Below are positions 1-10,779 of a DNA stretch of 64,000 nucleotides, piece after piece. The notes under the pieces were generated by a model. That model made no database searches and was not told the DNA's origin. It saw only the letters and a list, made by a program, of their open reading frames with translations. The stretch is from Octopus sinensis (Eukaryota). The position numbers and the translations under genes are program-made. The DNA lies in NCBI RefSeq assembly GCF_006345805.1, contig NC_042997.1, forward strand, positions 99,324,001 through 99,388,000. Direction: 5' to 3'. Each line of letters begins with the position of its first letter. Positions within the stretch are counted from its first letter, which is position 1.

Positions 1-195
1 ATATATAGTTGAAGTTAGTCCAAACATGAAAACACTAGGAGAAAACAGAACAACGCGAGGACGTGGAACAAGTATAGTGTTATTGGACGCTCAGGAAAGG
101 AAAGAAGGATGATTCAACGTTTCGAGCGGAGCTCTTCGTCAGAAACATAGGAAAAGGAAAGATCCAAGGAAGGGGAGACGGAGGAAAAAATATAT
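1..195 (-). mobile_element. Penelope-like element pseudo-LTR / 3' fragment
   Basis: Minus strand reads GTTT-CTGACGA-A-GAGC-TCC-GCTC-GAAACGTT, the minimal-HHR signature typical of PLE pseudo-LTRs; element boundaries approximate. Confidence 0.55.
112..147 (-). ncRNA. Minimal type-I hammerhead motif (weak stem I)
   Basis: CTGACGA core, GAGC/GCTC stem II, GAAAC, loopless palindromic ACGT stem III; stem I poorly paired. Confidence 0.5.
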
Positions 196-269
196 TTATA
201 TATGCATACACAAAACATACGTAAGCAGAAATATATACTTATACATATAGGTGTGCATGCGTACAATGT

Positions 270-270
270 T

Positions 271-331
<61 letters not shown>

Positions 332-333
332 GA

Positions 334-369
<36 letters not shown>

Positions 370-465
370 TACATACATGCATACATACATACATACATAC
401 ATACATACATACATACATACATACATACATACATACATACATACATGGACAGATAGATATAAAAT
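270..465. repeat. Compound (GATA)n-(GACA)n-(CATA)n microsatellite
   Basis: Directly visible tetranucleotide arrays. Confidence 0.95.
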
Positions 466-1531
466 ATATACATATGTATGCATCTATGTTATATTACATC
501 ATATTATGTTATATTTATTCTAACGCTATATTCACATGATCGAACTCCTGGGACAGACAAAAGCAAATCGCAAATACGAAAATCAATTTCGAAATAACAA
601 ACATATAAATTATACAAATATTTTACGCTATACTTTTAAAATTGAAAACCTCTATAAGTTTGTGTTTGTGTGTCTGTGTGTCTGTGTGTTTGTGTGTGTG
701 CGTCAGTGTGTGTGTGTTTGTATGTTCTTGTGTGTATCTGTGTGTTTGTGTCTCTGTGTCTGTGTCTCTGTGTGTGCGCGTACGTGTGTGTGCCTGTGTG
801 TCGGTGCGTATGTGTGTTCGTACAAGCGTATGCATAATATGTATATAAGTATATTTCGGTATATTTTTTTAATAGGTGTATATCTATATATAGACATGCA
901 TATAAGTGTTTATGTGCGTGTACATGCGTGCGTTTGTGTGTGAGGATATGTTGATGAATAAATATATACATATATATAGACACACACATCTATGTATAAT
1001 GTATGTATCTACGTATGTATGTATGCATGTGTGTGAACATATACATATATCAATGTGTATGCATATCTATGTATATAAGCATATATACAAATAAATATAT
1101 GCATATACATATATATATATATATGCATGTATGTATGTATGTATGTATGTATGTATGTATGTATGTATGTATAAAATATGAGACTGTGACAAAATTTCAG
1201 CTATTAAGATGAGAATATAAAAATGTAAATTGAAACTTCCAAGCACTGTATTAATATTTTGTCAATATTCTTTTTAACAAAATGTGTTTTTTCCCTATGA
1301 ATTTTATTCTCTATTTCGAAATTTCCACTGTTCTATGTGTTCGATATTTGTTTTCCTCTCTTTTTTCTGATCTTGATCTGAGCAAATTTACGAGAGGAAA
1401 ATATTAAAATTTAATACCATAAAAACATAAAAATTATTCACTAGCATACGCAACACACACACACTCACTCTCAAAACCCATACACATTATAAGTGTGGCG
1501 ATGTTCTTAATGTGTGTTGCGTGTATTATAA

Positions 1532-1571
<40 letters not shown>

Positions 1572-1924
1572 GGGGGGAGAGGGAGAGAGAGAGGGAGGGA
1601 GAGAGAAAGAAAGAGAGGGTGAGGGAGAGACAGAGAAAGAGCAAGAGAATGTGTGCTCTGAAGCGCAACACGTAACCAAATTTCAGGCTCAATAGCGGTA
1701 TATCTTGCTGAACATTGATGAGGTGCGTTCAAAGATTATGTATATTTCAAAAACAATTATGTGATCATGATGAAAATTTGTCGAAACGCGTGTCCGTTTT
1801 ATAGAGCACAGGAAGCACAGGAAAACATATGCTTTCCTTATTTTATTTATTTCTATACATGTGTGTATGTATGTGTAAACATGCGTGCCTATGTGTGTGT
1901 ACATTAGTACGTGTGTGTGGTGTG

Positions 1925-1956
<32 letters not shown>

Positions 1957-2859
1957 TGAAGACAGTGTTCAACCATCTTAGACTTCTCTTACGTAACTTG
2001 TTCAGAATCTTTCTGTTTAGTTGCACCTGTGAAATTTTTAAAGTTTAGTAAATTTGGTACATTGATGTAATTTTTTACGCTGAATCTCAGGAACTAATTC
2101 ACTTTTTCCAGAAACTTATTTTTAAAAAGTTATAGAGGTTTAAAGTTTTTATAATTTTCATCCAGTCAGAAAACAGGATCTGGAAGCTGTCATTTTTTTT
2201 TTTTTTTTTTTTTTTGCATGATTGCACGTTTTGTCGACTGAAATATTGGCGAAATGCAAATAAAATATTGGCGGAATTCTGCTTATTTGGAATTTTCCGA
2301 AAATTTTTGCGAATTTGTAAGGGAATTCATACGATTATGCAAAATCCCCCAAAAGAAATTTTGGTGCGTGATTTAAGGCCTATTTAGTTATTATTTTTAG
2401 CACATCTCAAGACCACCTCATACATCATGTGTTTTAAGCATTTAACAAGCGTAAAACGACCACGTGAGTAAACAGCTGCGTAACAGCTTGGCTTGTTACT
2501 ATGGAAACAGGCACGTATATGTCGGTGGCTTTCGATTGGCAAAAAAATTTACAAACTTTAAAAGCGATTAACTCTTTATTTATTGATTTATGGAGAAAAT
2601 GAATTTCATGCTAATGATAACCATACAAAACACATCAAGTATGAAATCAATTGGAACAAAAATTGAAGAAACTGAAAATTGGCATCCAGTCGGAAAAGAT
2701 CCCTTCTTTCGACTAGTTTATTTGTATACGCTATATACGCAGCACTACTGCATTTATCGGTGGTTCAGATATTACCACCTTTATTCTGGCACGCAAAGTG
2801 AGACTTGTCATGACCACCAGCGTTATGGTCATAATGGCTAGCATTTATATTCCGTTACC

Positions 2860-3030
2860 GACTAAGCGGTGCAATGTGTTCTTGAGCAAAACATCTCATT
2901 TCACATTACTGCAGTTCTCCTTCGATCAGAGGAAATTGTTGGCTTGATCGCCTAACCAGCGGGGTTGCATCATTTGAAGGCTAAAGCAATGTAAAAGAGC
3001 ATTGTGATGTGTAACAACATCTGATAGCCT
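2860..3030 (+). mobile_element. SINE internal fragment (related to 17597-17920 central domain and 33770-33890)
   Basis: tgtgttcttgagcaaaacatctcatttcac resembles the SINE central domain at 17.8 kb; catcatttgaa..aaagcaatg..gcattgtga is shared with 33.8 kb. Confidence 0.5.
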
Positions 3031-3039
3031 CATCGGGCA

Positions 3040-3110
3040 CGTATCACGTGGCTGGATCGTAAACACGTGGTGTGATCGTAATCACGTGGTGTGATTGTGA
3101 TCACGTGGTA
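3040..3110. repeat. 19-bp minisatellite, 4 units each containing CACGTG
   Basis: CACGTG at 3045, 3064, 3083, 3102. Confidence 0.9.
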
Positions 3111-3169
3111 TATTACAGACAGAGAGATCGGAAGCATTATCATAACAAGAGATTTATCAATTCATTCTT

Positions 3170-3760
3170 TTTCGCAGCTTAGTGGTAGAGCAAAACCGAT
3201 ATTCTGCAATTCAACTTTAACTATGAGTAATTGTTTCTTATATGTGTTGCGCAAGCGGTGCCAATTGGTATCGTCATTACTATTTTCCTTCCTACATTTG
3301 GTGCCATCGATCATAATAGTAATTCCTCCGTTTTTCAATGTACTGCAAGACCCGTTACTAGTTGGTGCTGGTGCAGGTCGGAGGTGTTACGCATTGAGTG
3401 CTATTTTATCTTCCTCAAGATCAAAGAAGATTTTTCTCTGCCTAACCAATCCGAGCCGGTGTATTGGCAGAACTAAGAATGTTGTACCAGATAACTTACA
3501 GTATTTTTCCGTTTCTTTGCCCCGATTTCAAATCCCTCTATGGTCTACCTGGCTGGTATATTTATTTAGTCACCTGGATTAACTCTATCTTATGTACGTC
3601 GAGAGGAGTCCGCGCTGTTCAAGTATTCCAGCCAGGCTTCCAGTTTAAGGATAACTTACACCTCTCTAACCGGACTCGGAGATCCTGGAATGGGTTATGG
3701 ATACAGCCTTCTTTCCTAACAAAGAATGGTGGCTGCCCCCTCGTTATCGAGTATGGCCAT
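3170..3760 (-). pseudogene. Heavily decayed R4/Dong-type non-LTR 3' coding fragment (CCHC/REL endonuclease region)
   Basis: Minus-strand frames give NTVSYLV..DWLGR, LKNGGITI, KIVMTIPIG, LKLNCRISVLL, resembling the R4/Dong C-terminus; many stops and frameshifts. Confidence 0.45.
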
Positions 3761-3859
3761 TGCACGAAGCTTAATCAATGTTGTTATTGTGCAATGCCTG
3801 TGCAAGAAGATTTTTTTAAGTGAGGAAAGGCTGTGCACTGAGTCAACCCCACTCACTAA

Positions 3860-4284
3860 GCAACAGCAGCCATAATCCGAAAAGAAGAACAAGTCAACAT
3901 CATCGGTAACCACTGGGCCGCAGGTTTTATGTCGGAGTTATCCCAGTTACCTGAGTTGCCTTCTCCTAGAAGGATGCCCTGACAAAGGCTAGGAGTCCTT
4001 CACTCCCAATGGTTTAACCGCGCGATCGGGTATTCAATCCGATTATTTCTATGTCCCCGCGCATGATACAGCTTTAAGACATTTATTGGATAGTCGTTGA
4101 CTCTCAAGAGTTCCTCCGCCCTTTGACGGGTTTTGTTTTTTATCCCGCAGGGTGACCAATAAACACCCTCCTCACCAAGCGAGCTTGGTGGGGTTGCCGG
4201 TTTAGTCGCCGACGACCCGACCATTCAACAGGTAGTACTGGGTTACATGTTACCAGTAGCACTCGAAAGTGACCTAACAAAGAA

Positions 4285-4285
<1 letters not shown>
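3860..4285 (+). mobile_element. Dispersed retroposon fragment, possibly RTE-related
   Basis: gagttgccttctcctag and gcttggtggggttgccggtttagtcgcc resemble RTE-family UTR motifs; ends at a (CATA)n array. Confidence 0.3.
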
Positions 4286-4452
<167 letters not shown>

Positions 4453-4891
4453 GTCACACCGTTATATGTATGTTTACATACACGCAACCGTTTTTCTAGC
4501 ACATACATGCAACTGTTTTTCTAGCAGAGATAAATGGAAACATATGAGTTATGCTGCGCAAAAGCCTTGTCCGAAATAGATACAAAAATCCTTTATCAAG
4601 TCTCTGTATATTAGGAAGATCATGCATAATGAATTTTCATACAATAAGAGTTACATGCGTAATTGATTGCTTTAAATTATATTAAATATAATATCGGTAT
4701 CAATGATTCCAATCACTTTCCTGGATTTGGATTTCACACTGTCAGACCGAAATAGTGATAGTCATGGCGACATTGAGGGTTTGCAATAATAGTAAATAAT
4801 CACAATAAGTCACCATTTTAATGACGAATCCTAGCAGTCTCATGATGTTTTCTAACAGCTACTTTACACTTTTCACACGTATGGTTATATG

Positions 4892-4933
<42 letters not shown>

Positions 4934-4943
4934 TACATGTATA

Positions 4944-5309
4944 TAAAGTATAATAGCCATCTCAATGTGGCTAACCACAAAGGGGGGTGTTACTGTATCT
5001 TTTTAGCCCCAGGAGATCATCGTCTCCAGCTGGTTTTAGGCACACTATCTCTGCCCTTATGGTATTTGCAAAAGGAGGCCATCCCTTTCTCGTAAGCCTA
5101 AGTGATACGCACCGGACTGACAGTTTCGAGGTCGTTGCCTCTTATCAACGGGCGGTAATCACCAGGTCACGATGAAAGGGATAGCCTGTATGCTAGTCTT
5201 TCAAGTGACTTCTGCCACTGATTTCGAAAAACTGTCTGCAAGCATTATCAAATCTCAGAACGAGATGTAAACAGTAATCGCTCGACAATGTAAAGTATAA
5301 TAGCCATCT
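4944..5309 (-). mobile_element. Retrozyme-like unit, family A (347-bp period, 19-bp terminal repeat)
   Basis: taaagtataatagccatct at 4944 and 5291; clearly homologous to 40789-41140; contains an HHR; flanked by (TA)n on both sides. Confidence 0.8.
5108..5155 (-). ncRNA. Type-I hammerhead ribozyme, U3:A8 core variant
   Basis: CGCCCG-TTGATAA-GAGG-CAACGA-CCTC-GAAAC-TGTCA-GTC-CGGTGCG, plus outer helix GTGAT/ATCAC. Confidence 0.75.
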
Positions 5310-5353
5310 AAATATATATATATATATATGAGTTGCGCTTCATAATAACAGGA

Positions 5354-5428
5354 ATCTTACTGAAGAGCCTACCTGAGTAAATAAATATTATTTTTATTGC
5401 TGAAAAAGGCGAAACTGCAGTCTAAGAT
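5354..5428 (+). ncRNA. Type-I hammerhead ribozyme with extended stem II (intact core)
   Basis: ATCTTA-CTGAAGA-GCCT-(36 nt)-AGGC-GAAAC-TGCA-GTC-TAAGAT; predicted cleavage after 5422. Confidence 0.85.
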
Positions 5429-5752
5429 GAACAGAGTTAGTAAAAGTTTTTATCTTCATTTCACTAAATTTATCAAGCTTCTGTGTTTCTAGTACATACT
5501 TCGCCTTTAATGTACTTATATATGAAAAATATATGGCCTGTGCTAGAAACACCAGCGATAATAATTAATTTTGTTTTATCGCATTTTGAATTTGTTTACA
5601 TATTTCTCGATAAATTTTGAGCGTTAGACTATATACCAGAAATCCCTAGTTTGTCGGGTTCGTTCTGCGTCTGCGCAGTGATCTGATTAGTTAGAGAGAG
5701 CAAATTAGTAGACGCACATGTGTCTATTGAGTTGCGCTTCTTAATAACAGGA

Positions 5753-5827
5753 ATCTTACTGAAAAACCTACCTGAGTAAATAAATATTATTTTTATTGCT
5801 GAAAAAGGCGAAACTGCAGTCTAAGAT
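5753..5827 (+). ncRNA. Mutated second copy of the family B HHR
   Basis: CTGAAAA-ACCT replaces CTGAAGA-GCCT (G8A and G10.1A); rest identical. Confidence 0.7.
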
Positions 5828-5992
5828 GAACAGAGTTAGTAAAAGTTTTTATCTTCATTTCACTAAATTTATCAAGCTTCTGTGTTTCTAGTACTTACTT
5901 CGCCTTTAATGTACTTATATATGAAAAATATATGGCCTGTGCTAGAAACACCAGCGATAATAATTAATTTTGTTTTATCGCATTTTGAATTT

Positions 5993-6038
<46 letters not shown>

Positions 6039-6323
6039 GCGTTGCTATTATGTTAAAGTGTCGTATGTCCAAATTTGGCCAAATGCGTTTTTTTATATTT
6101 ATTTTTGCTTGCAATATTCGATTCTTTTGGTCAAACTATCTGTATCTACAGCTATTTCAGATGCCAAGATACCAAATATTGTCAAAGTGTAGTACAATGG
6201 TTTTGTTATGGTAAAACAATTTTTTCGTTTTCTGAAAAACAACGTTTTGGACTTATTACACTTTTGCGTTATAGTAACGACATGTATACATACATATATA
6301 TGTGTGTGCGTGTGTGTGTGTGT

Positions 6324-6363
<40 letters not shown>

Positions 6364-6454
6364 GTGCGTGCGTATGTGTGTATGTGTATAGAGAGGGAAA
6401 GAGAGAACGACAGGGAGGGAGAGAGAGAGAGAGAGAGAGAGAGCTTTTGAAGTG

Positions 6455-6700
6455 ATGTACAGATATTGTATATTTTGAATAATAAGGTAATCAGAATAAT
6501 GGAAGATTATATATATTTTTTAATTTACATCTTAGTTACATTTTTGGTGCTTTCTTCCGTTATCGGATTTATCAAAAAATGGTTGAAAGTTAGATTTCTT
6601 GGCCTTTTAGATATAAAAAATTTTGTGGGCCTTGCCAAGCAAGAGAGAAGAAAGAAACATTTCTTTGAGAGGGAGGGTGAGGCGTGGCTTTTTTAATGGT
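6455..6700 (-). mobile_element. Inverted pseudo-LTR-like segment fused to the PLE ORF remnant
   Basis: Reverse complement is roughly 70% similar by eye to 9590-9745; abuts the start of the GIY-YIG coding remnant. Confidence 0.45.
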
Positions 6701-7430
6701 ATGGTCAACTTTCTACAAGATCAAAATTACCCTGTGAAACTTATAAAAAATGGTATCTCGAAACCAATGAAATTAGACATCACGCATCTTAGGACTCCAA
6801 AAGAAAATCCAAGAAACATACAATCCCATTTATTAACGCATACAAGACTGGAATAACCAATATTTTCCACGTTATACAATCAAACCTACCGATACTCTTA
6901 CAGAGTGTCAAAATGAAAAAACTGATAGACAAAAGCTACCTGCGAAATAGTAAACGTCAGGGAAAAAAACCTTAAAAAAACAACTTACAAGAGCAAAATT
7001 CACATCAGAAAATAAAACAGAATTCTCCGTAAGGAATGTGGAGACAGCAGATGTGGATATACAACTACAACAATAACTACAAATAGATAGACGGGGACAC
7101 CCACATAAAATTTAAGAGTGGATTCTTATTTAAAGTAAATGTAAATATGAATTCCAAGACACAAAACTTCATGTATTGCATTACTTGCCCCAAATGCAAG
7201 GAGAATTATATTGGCGAAACCAATAATTCCTTTTGTCAATGTGCAAGGATCCCCAGACAGCACATCCGACAAGAGGAACTACGGAAAATTCCACTGAACA
7301 AACATTTAGAATTATGTGGATAAGAAAAAATTCAAAATCATCTCATCAAATGCTCAAAGAACAACTTAAACTTCCGAAAACAATGGAACTATACTTCATA
7401 AAGAAGTTCTCACCAAAATTAAACTCTTGA
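6700..7430 (+). pseudogene. Penelope-like element C-terminus: GIY-YIG endonuclease remnant
   Basis: Translates NMNSKTQNFMYCITCPKCKENYIGETNNSF..RQHIRQEELRKIPLNKHLELCG, ending ELYFIKKFSPKLNS*; frameshifted. Confidence 0.85.
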
Positions 7431-7531
7431 AATAAAGGAAACATTTGGAAATATGTGAAGGAAAATTCAAAGTTCCGAAAGATAACGGTACTATACTTCA
7501 CGAAAAAATTATCAACGAAATTTAACCTAAT

Positions 7532-7602
<71 letters not shown>

Positions 7603-7814
7603 GACAATTTCTTGTTAAGTTTTCCTTATTAAGTAGTTGTCCTTAATTGCTAAATTTTTATTCCGAAAAAACTTTTCCTTTCCCGAAATGCAATTCGTAA
7701 AAGTATGCCATTTACAGGATGTAATATATGTAAACTCACCCATGTGCTTCGTTGATGTTGATCAGTTAGCTGATCGGCTTAAGCGGGGCAGGGTCGTTTA
7801 TTTATGATACATTC

Positions 7815-7862
7815 AGGCCTGCTGATGAATACGTAAGTATGAAATCACTGTGATACAGGTCT
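7815..7862 (+). ncRNA. Type-I hammerhead ribozyme
   Basis: AGGCCTG-CTGATGA-ATAC-GTAA-GTAT-GAA-ATCAC-T-GTGAT-A-CAGGTCT; AUA cleavage triplet. Confidence 0.8.
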
Positions 7863-8313
7863 ATATTTTTTAAATGTCTTACTTTGAAAAATTGCATTCG
7901 GTGGGATTAGTAATATTTTTGGTAGAAATGACTAATTGTCCCTCTTAGCGTGTGGCATGTATGTATAATGCCCTCTGGCATGTATGTATAATGCCCTCTG
8001 GCATGTATGTATAATGCCCTCTATATATAAATTAATATGTTCAATAAGAAATAATTATTTTCGAAATTTATTCTCTTATGAGGTTTTCACGCTATCTACC
8101 TGACAATTTCTTGTTAAGTTTTCCTTATTAAGTAGTTGTCCTTAATTGCTAAATTTTTATTCCGAAAAAACTTTTCCTTTCCCGAAATGCAATTCGTAAA
8201 AGTATGCCATTTACAGGATGTAATATATGTAAACTCACCCATGTGCTTCGTTGATGTTGATCAGTTAGCTGATCAGCTTAAGCGGGGCAGGGTCGTTTAT
8301 TTATGATACATTC

Positions 8314-8361
8314 AGGCCTGCTGATGAATACGTAAGTATGAAATCACTGTGATACAGGTCT
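8314..8361 (+). ncRNA. Type-I hammerhead ribozyme (copy of 7815-7862)
   Basis: Identical motif 499 bp downstream. Confidence 0.8.
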
Positions 8362-8648
8362 ATATTTTCTAAATGTCTTACTTTGAAAAATTGCATTCGG
8401 TGGGATTAGTAATATTTTTGGTAGAAATGACTAATTGTCCCTCTTAGCGTGTGGCATGTATGTATAATGCCCTCTGGCATGTATGTATAATGCCCTCTAT
8501 ATATAAATTTATATATATATATATATAATAATAAGAGTAAACAATTTCTATAAAGGCTTTTAAAAAAACCCAATTATTTACTGGTAGAATTCGGTATGTA
8601 AATATAGCCGATTACCGGCAGGAACTTCTGTAAAGTTCAGTATATATA

Positions 8649-8880
8649 TTGTATATAAGAAAAAGGGACAGGCAACAGGTTGCTTGACCGCATACCGAAA
8701 AAATAGAAGCATTCTTGACTGCTATTTCTATTTTTTCGGTATGCCGTCAAGCAACCTGTTGCCTGTCCCTTTTTCTTATATACAAATAAGCATTCTTGAT
8801 AGAAATAAGCATTCTTGACTGCTATTTCTATTTTTTCGGTATGCGGTCAAGCAACCTGTTGCCTGTCCCTTTTTCTTATA

Positions 8881-8882
<2 letters not shown>
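8649..8882. repeat. 60-bp inverted repeat with one arm additionally duplicated at 100-bp period
   Basis: 8649-8708 pairs with 8726-8785 (1 mismatch); ~8707-8782 is repeated at ~8807-8882. Confidence 0.9.
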
Positions 8883-8921
<39 letters not shown>

Positions 8922-9437
8922 TAAATTCCACGTATGAGAATTCTATATGAATTTAATTGTATATATGTTAAAGATAATCTCAAACCATTGCTAAAAAGCT
9001 TTTTACCACATTGTTGTTGGACCTTCCAAAACACTCTAGATTCTAGAATTCTATAAGAACAGCTGCTTTTCCACTTCTGTACTTGGATCTCTTTCTCCTT
9101 TAGAAAATTCTAGGTTGGAGCTTTAAAATGAATTCAAAACAAAACACCCAACGAGAAATAGATGAATTTGGAAATATAATTGTGACAGGACTGTGTATTG
9201 CTTTCTTTAACATTCCATTTTTCAGTGTGAAGGACTGTGTGTAGTGGCTAAAACGATAAAAACTTTTCAAATTTATTTAAATACAAGTGAATCTTCAGTT
9301 ATATTAATTAATTACTTTTTCAAAATGTCATAATGTGTACTAATGTATGTGTGGTGTGTGTATGTGTGCACAAATATGAACACGTACATATATAGATGTC
9401 TTTGAGTGTGTATGTTTTATTTATGTATATATATATA

Positions 9438-9479
<42 letters not shown>

Positions 9480-9484
<5 letters not shown>

Positions 9485-9790
9485 CTGTGAGTGTATAGTG
9501 AACTGAAAATCACTCTTTCCAAAACATCTAGAATTTCAATCAATGCATGGAAATGCAATTATAATTTTTATTGAGGAAAGTCAACCAATACAAAAACCAC
9601 GCCTCTTTATCTCCCCCTCCTTCTCAAAAATTCTTTCTTCTCCTTTGCTTGGTAAATCCCACAAAAGTTTTATATATAAAAAGTCCAAGAAATCTAAGAG
9701 CAAAACACTTTTTGACAATTTAGTTAATGGAAGAAAGCTCTAAAAATGTAAATAAAATGTAAATAAAAATGTATGTATAATCATCCAACG
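9480..9790 (+). mobile_element. Dispersed repeat homologous (inverted) to 6455-6700, with CCAAT, CCACGCC and TATATAAAA motifs
   Basis: Visible similarity to the reverse complement of 6550-6700; promoter-like motifs. Confidence 0.45.
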
Positions 9791-9801
9791 TTCTGACTAC
9801 C

Positions 9802-9854
<53 letters not shown>

Positions 9855-10529
9855 AACGAAATAAGTAACAAGGATGTCAAAGGATTAGTGCATTACGATT
9901 GTTTCAGGCGGCTCCATTTAATCGAACAATGCAAGCATTACACCAATTTGGAGTACACTGCCATCTTCGGATGCAAAATATTACATTATAATTTTTAGCA
10001 AATATTCCATCAGAACTAGAGAATGAAAGAATTACATGCTGCTATTACTGTAGCAGAATGAACTTAGGGAGAAAAATACCCCAACTATAATTTGGAGTGG
10101 CAGAAGAGAATAATAGTGGGGATCATGAGATTGTAATTTAGCTAAAATTTTATCTATCTCCTTATCACCATCAAAAGTTCTAATGCAACCATTATACTAC
10201 GTCTACTAAGAATGAAAACCACTGGGAGTTGACAGTTATGTTCTAGCTGGTGATAATAAATTAACTGTAGTCAGTTACTCTCTCAAACCTTAATTCACTA
10301 TATTGCATTATATCTTACCATGCTTAACAGCAGAGGGAAGTGCCAACCCCTCCACAAGCTATGGAATGTCACACCAGTATATACGAGGGTAAATAACTAT
10401 ACAAAATTTAAAAAATTAATAATATAGTATAATGTAAGCTAAAAGAATAAATAAAATACACTAGAAAAAATAAAATGAAGAAATATATATATTAGCTACC
10501 TTCCTGCCATATTCGAAAGTGAAAGCTTT

Positions 10530-10690
10530 GGTAAAAGTCCTTGGAGAAAGCTTTGGAAGAATTTTCTGATTGTTTTCCGCATTTTTTCTAGGACGGTTTT
10601 ACTATTACTACGAATAATGAACAAAGCATCATTTCCATAAAGACCACTCTGCAGTTCAGGGATTTCACTACTAAGACATTTTAAGAGATA
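10530..10690 (-). pseudogene. PLE reverse transcriptase catalytic-region remnant
   Basis: Translates GAYLLKCLSSEIPELQSGLYGNDALFIIRSNSKTVLEKMRKTIRKFF, resembling the GLYRDDGL motif context of PLE RTs. Confidence 0.55.
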
Positions 10691-10702
10691 TGCTCCGTAT
10701 TG

Positions 10703-10779
<77 letters not shown>

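Larger units (their letters stand above)
5330..5996 (+). mobile_element. Retrozyme / pseudo-LTR-like tandem repeat, family B (399-bp period, ~1.7 copies)
   Basis: gagttgcgctt at 5330 and 5729, near-identical copies; HHR in each; flanked by (TA)n. Confidence 0.85.
7598..8510 (+). mobile_element. PLE pseudo-LTR-like tandem duplication (499-bp period, ~1.8 copies)
   Basis: tacctgacaatttc at 7598 and 8097; internal 23-bp repeat x3 in copy 1 and x2 in copy 2; HHR in each; flanked by (TA)n. Confidence 0.85.

Noticed and set aside
196-1212. Numerous ORFs such as MYVCMYVC.., YIYIYI.., CVCVCV.. here and throughout the window
   Set aside because: They are translations of stop-free microsatellites, not genes.
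3091-3823. Plus-strand ORFs of 163, 81 and 119 aa
   Set aside because: Antisense to a decayed R4/Dong-like fragment; no recognisable product.
9890-9932. GCAT..GAAAC-AATC-GTA-ATGC on the minus strand (similar weak cases near 42910 and 61840)
   Set aside because: CUGANGA core or stem II too degraded to call.
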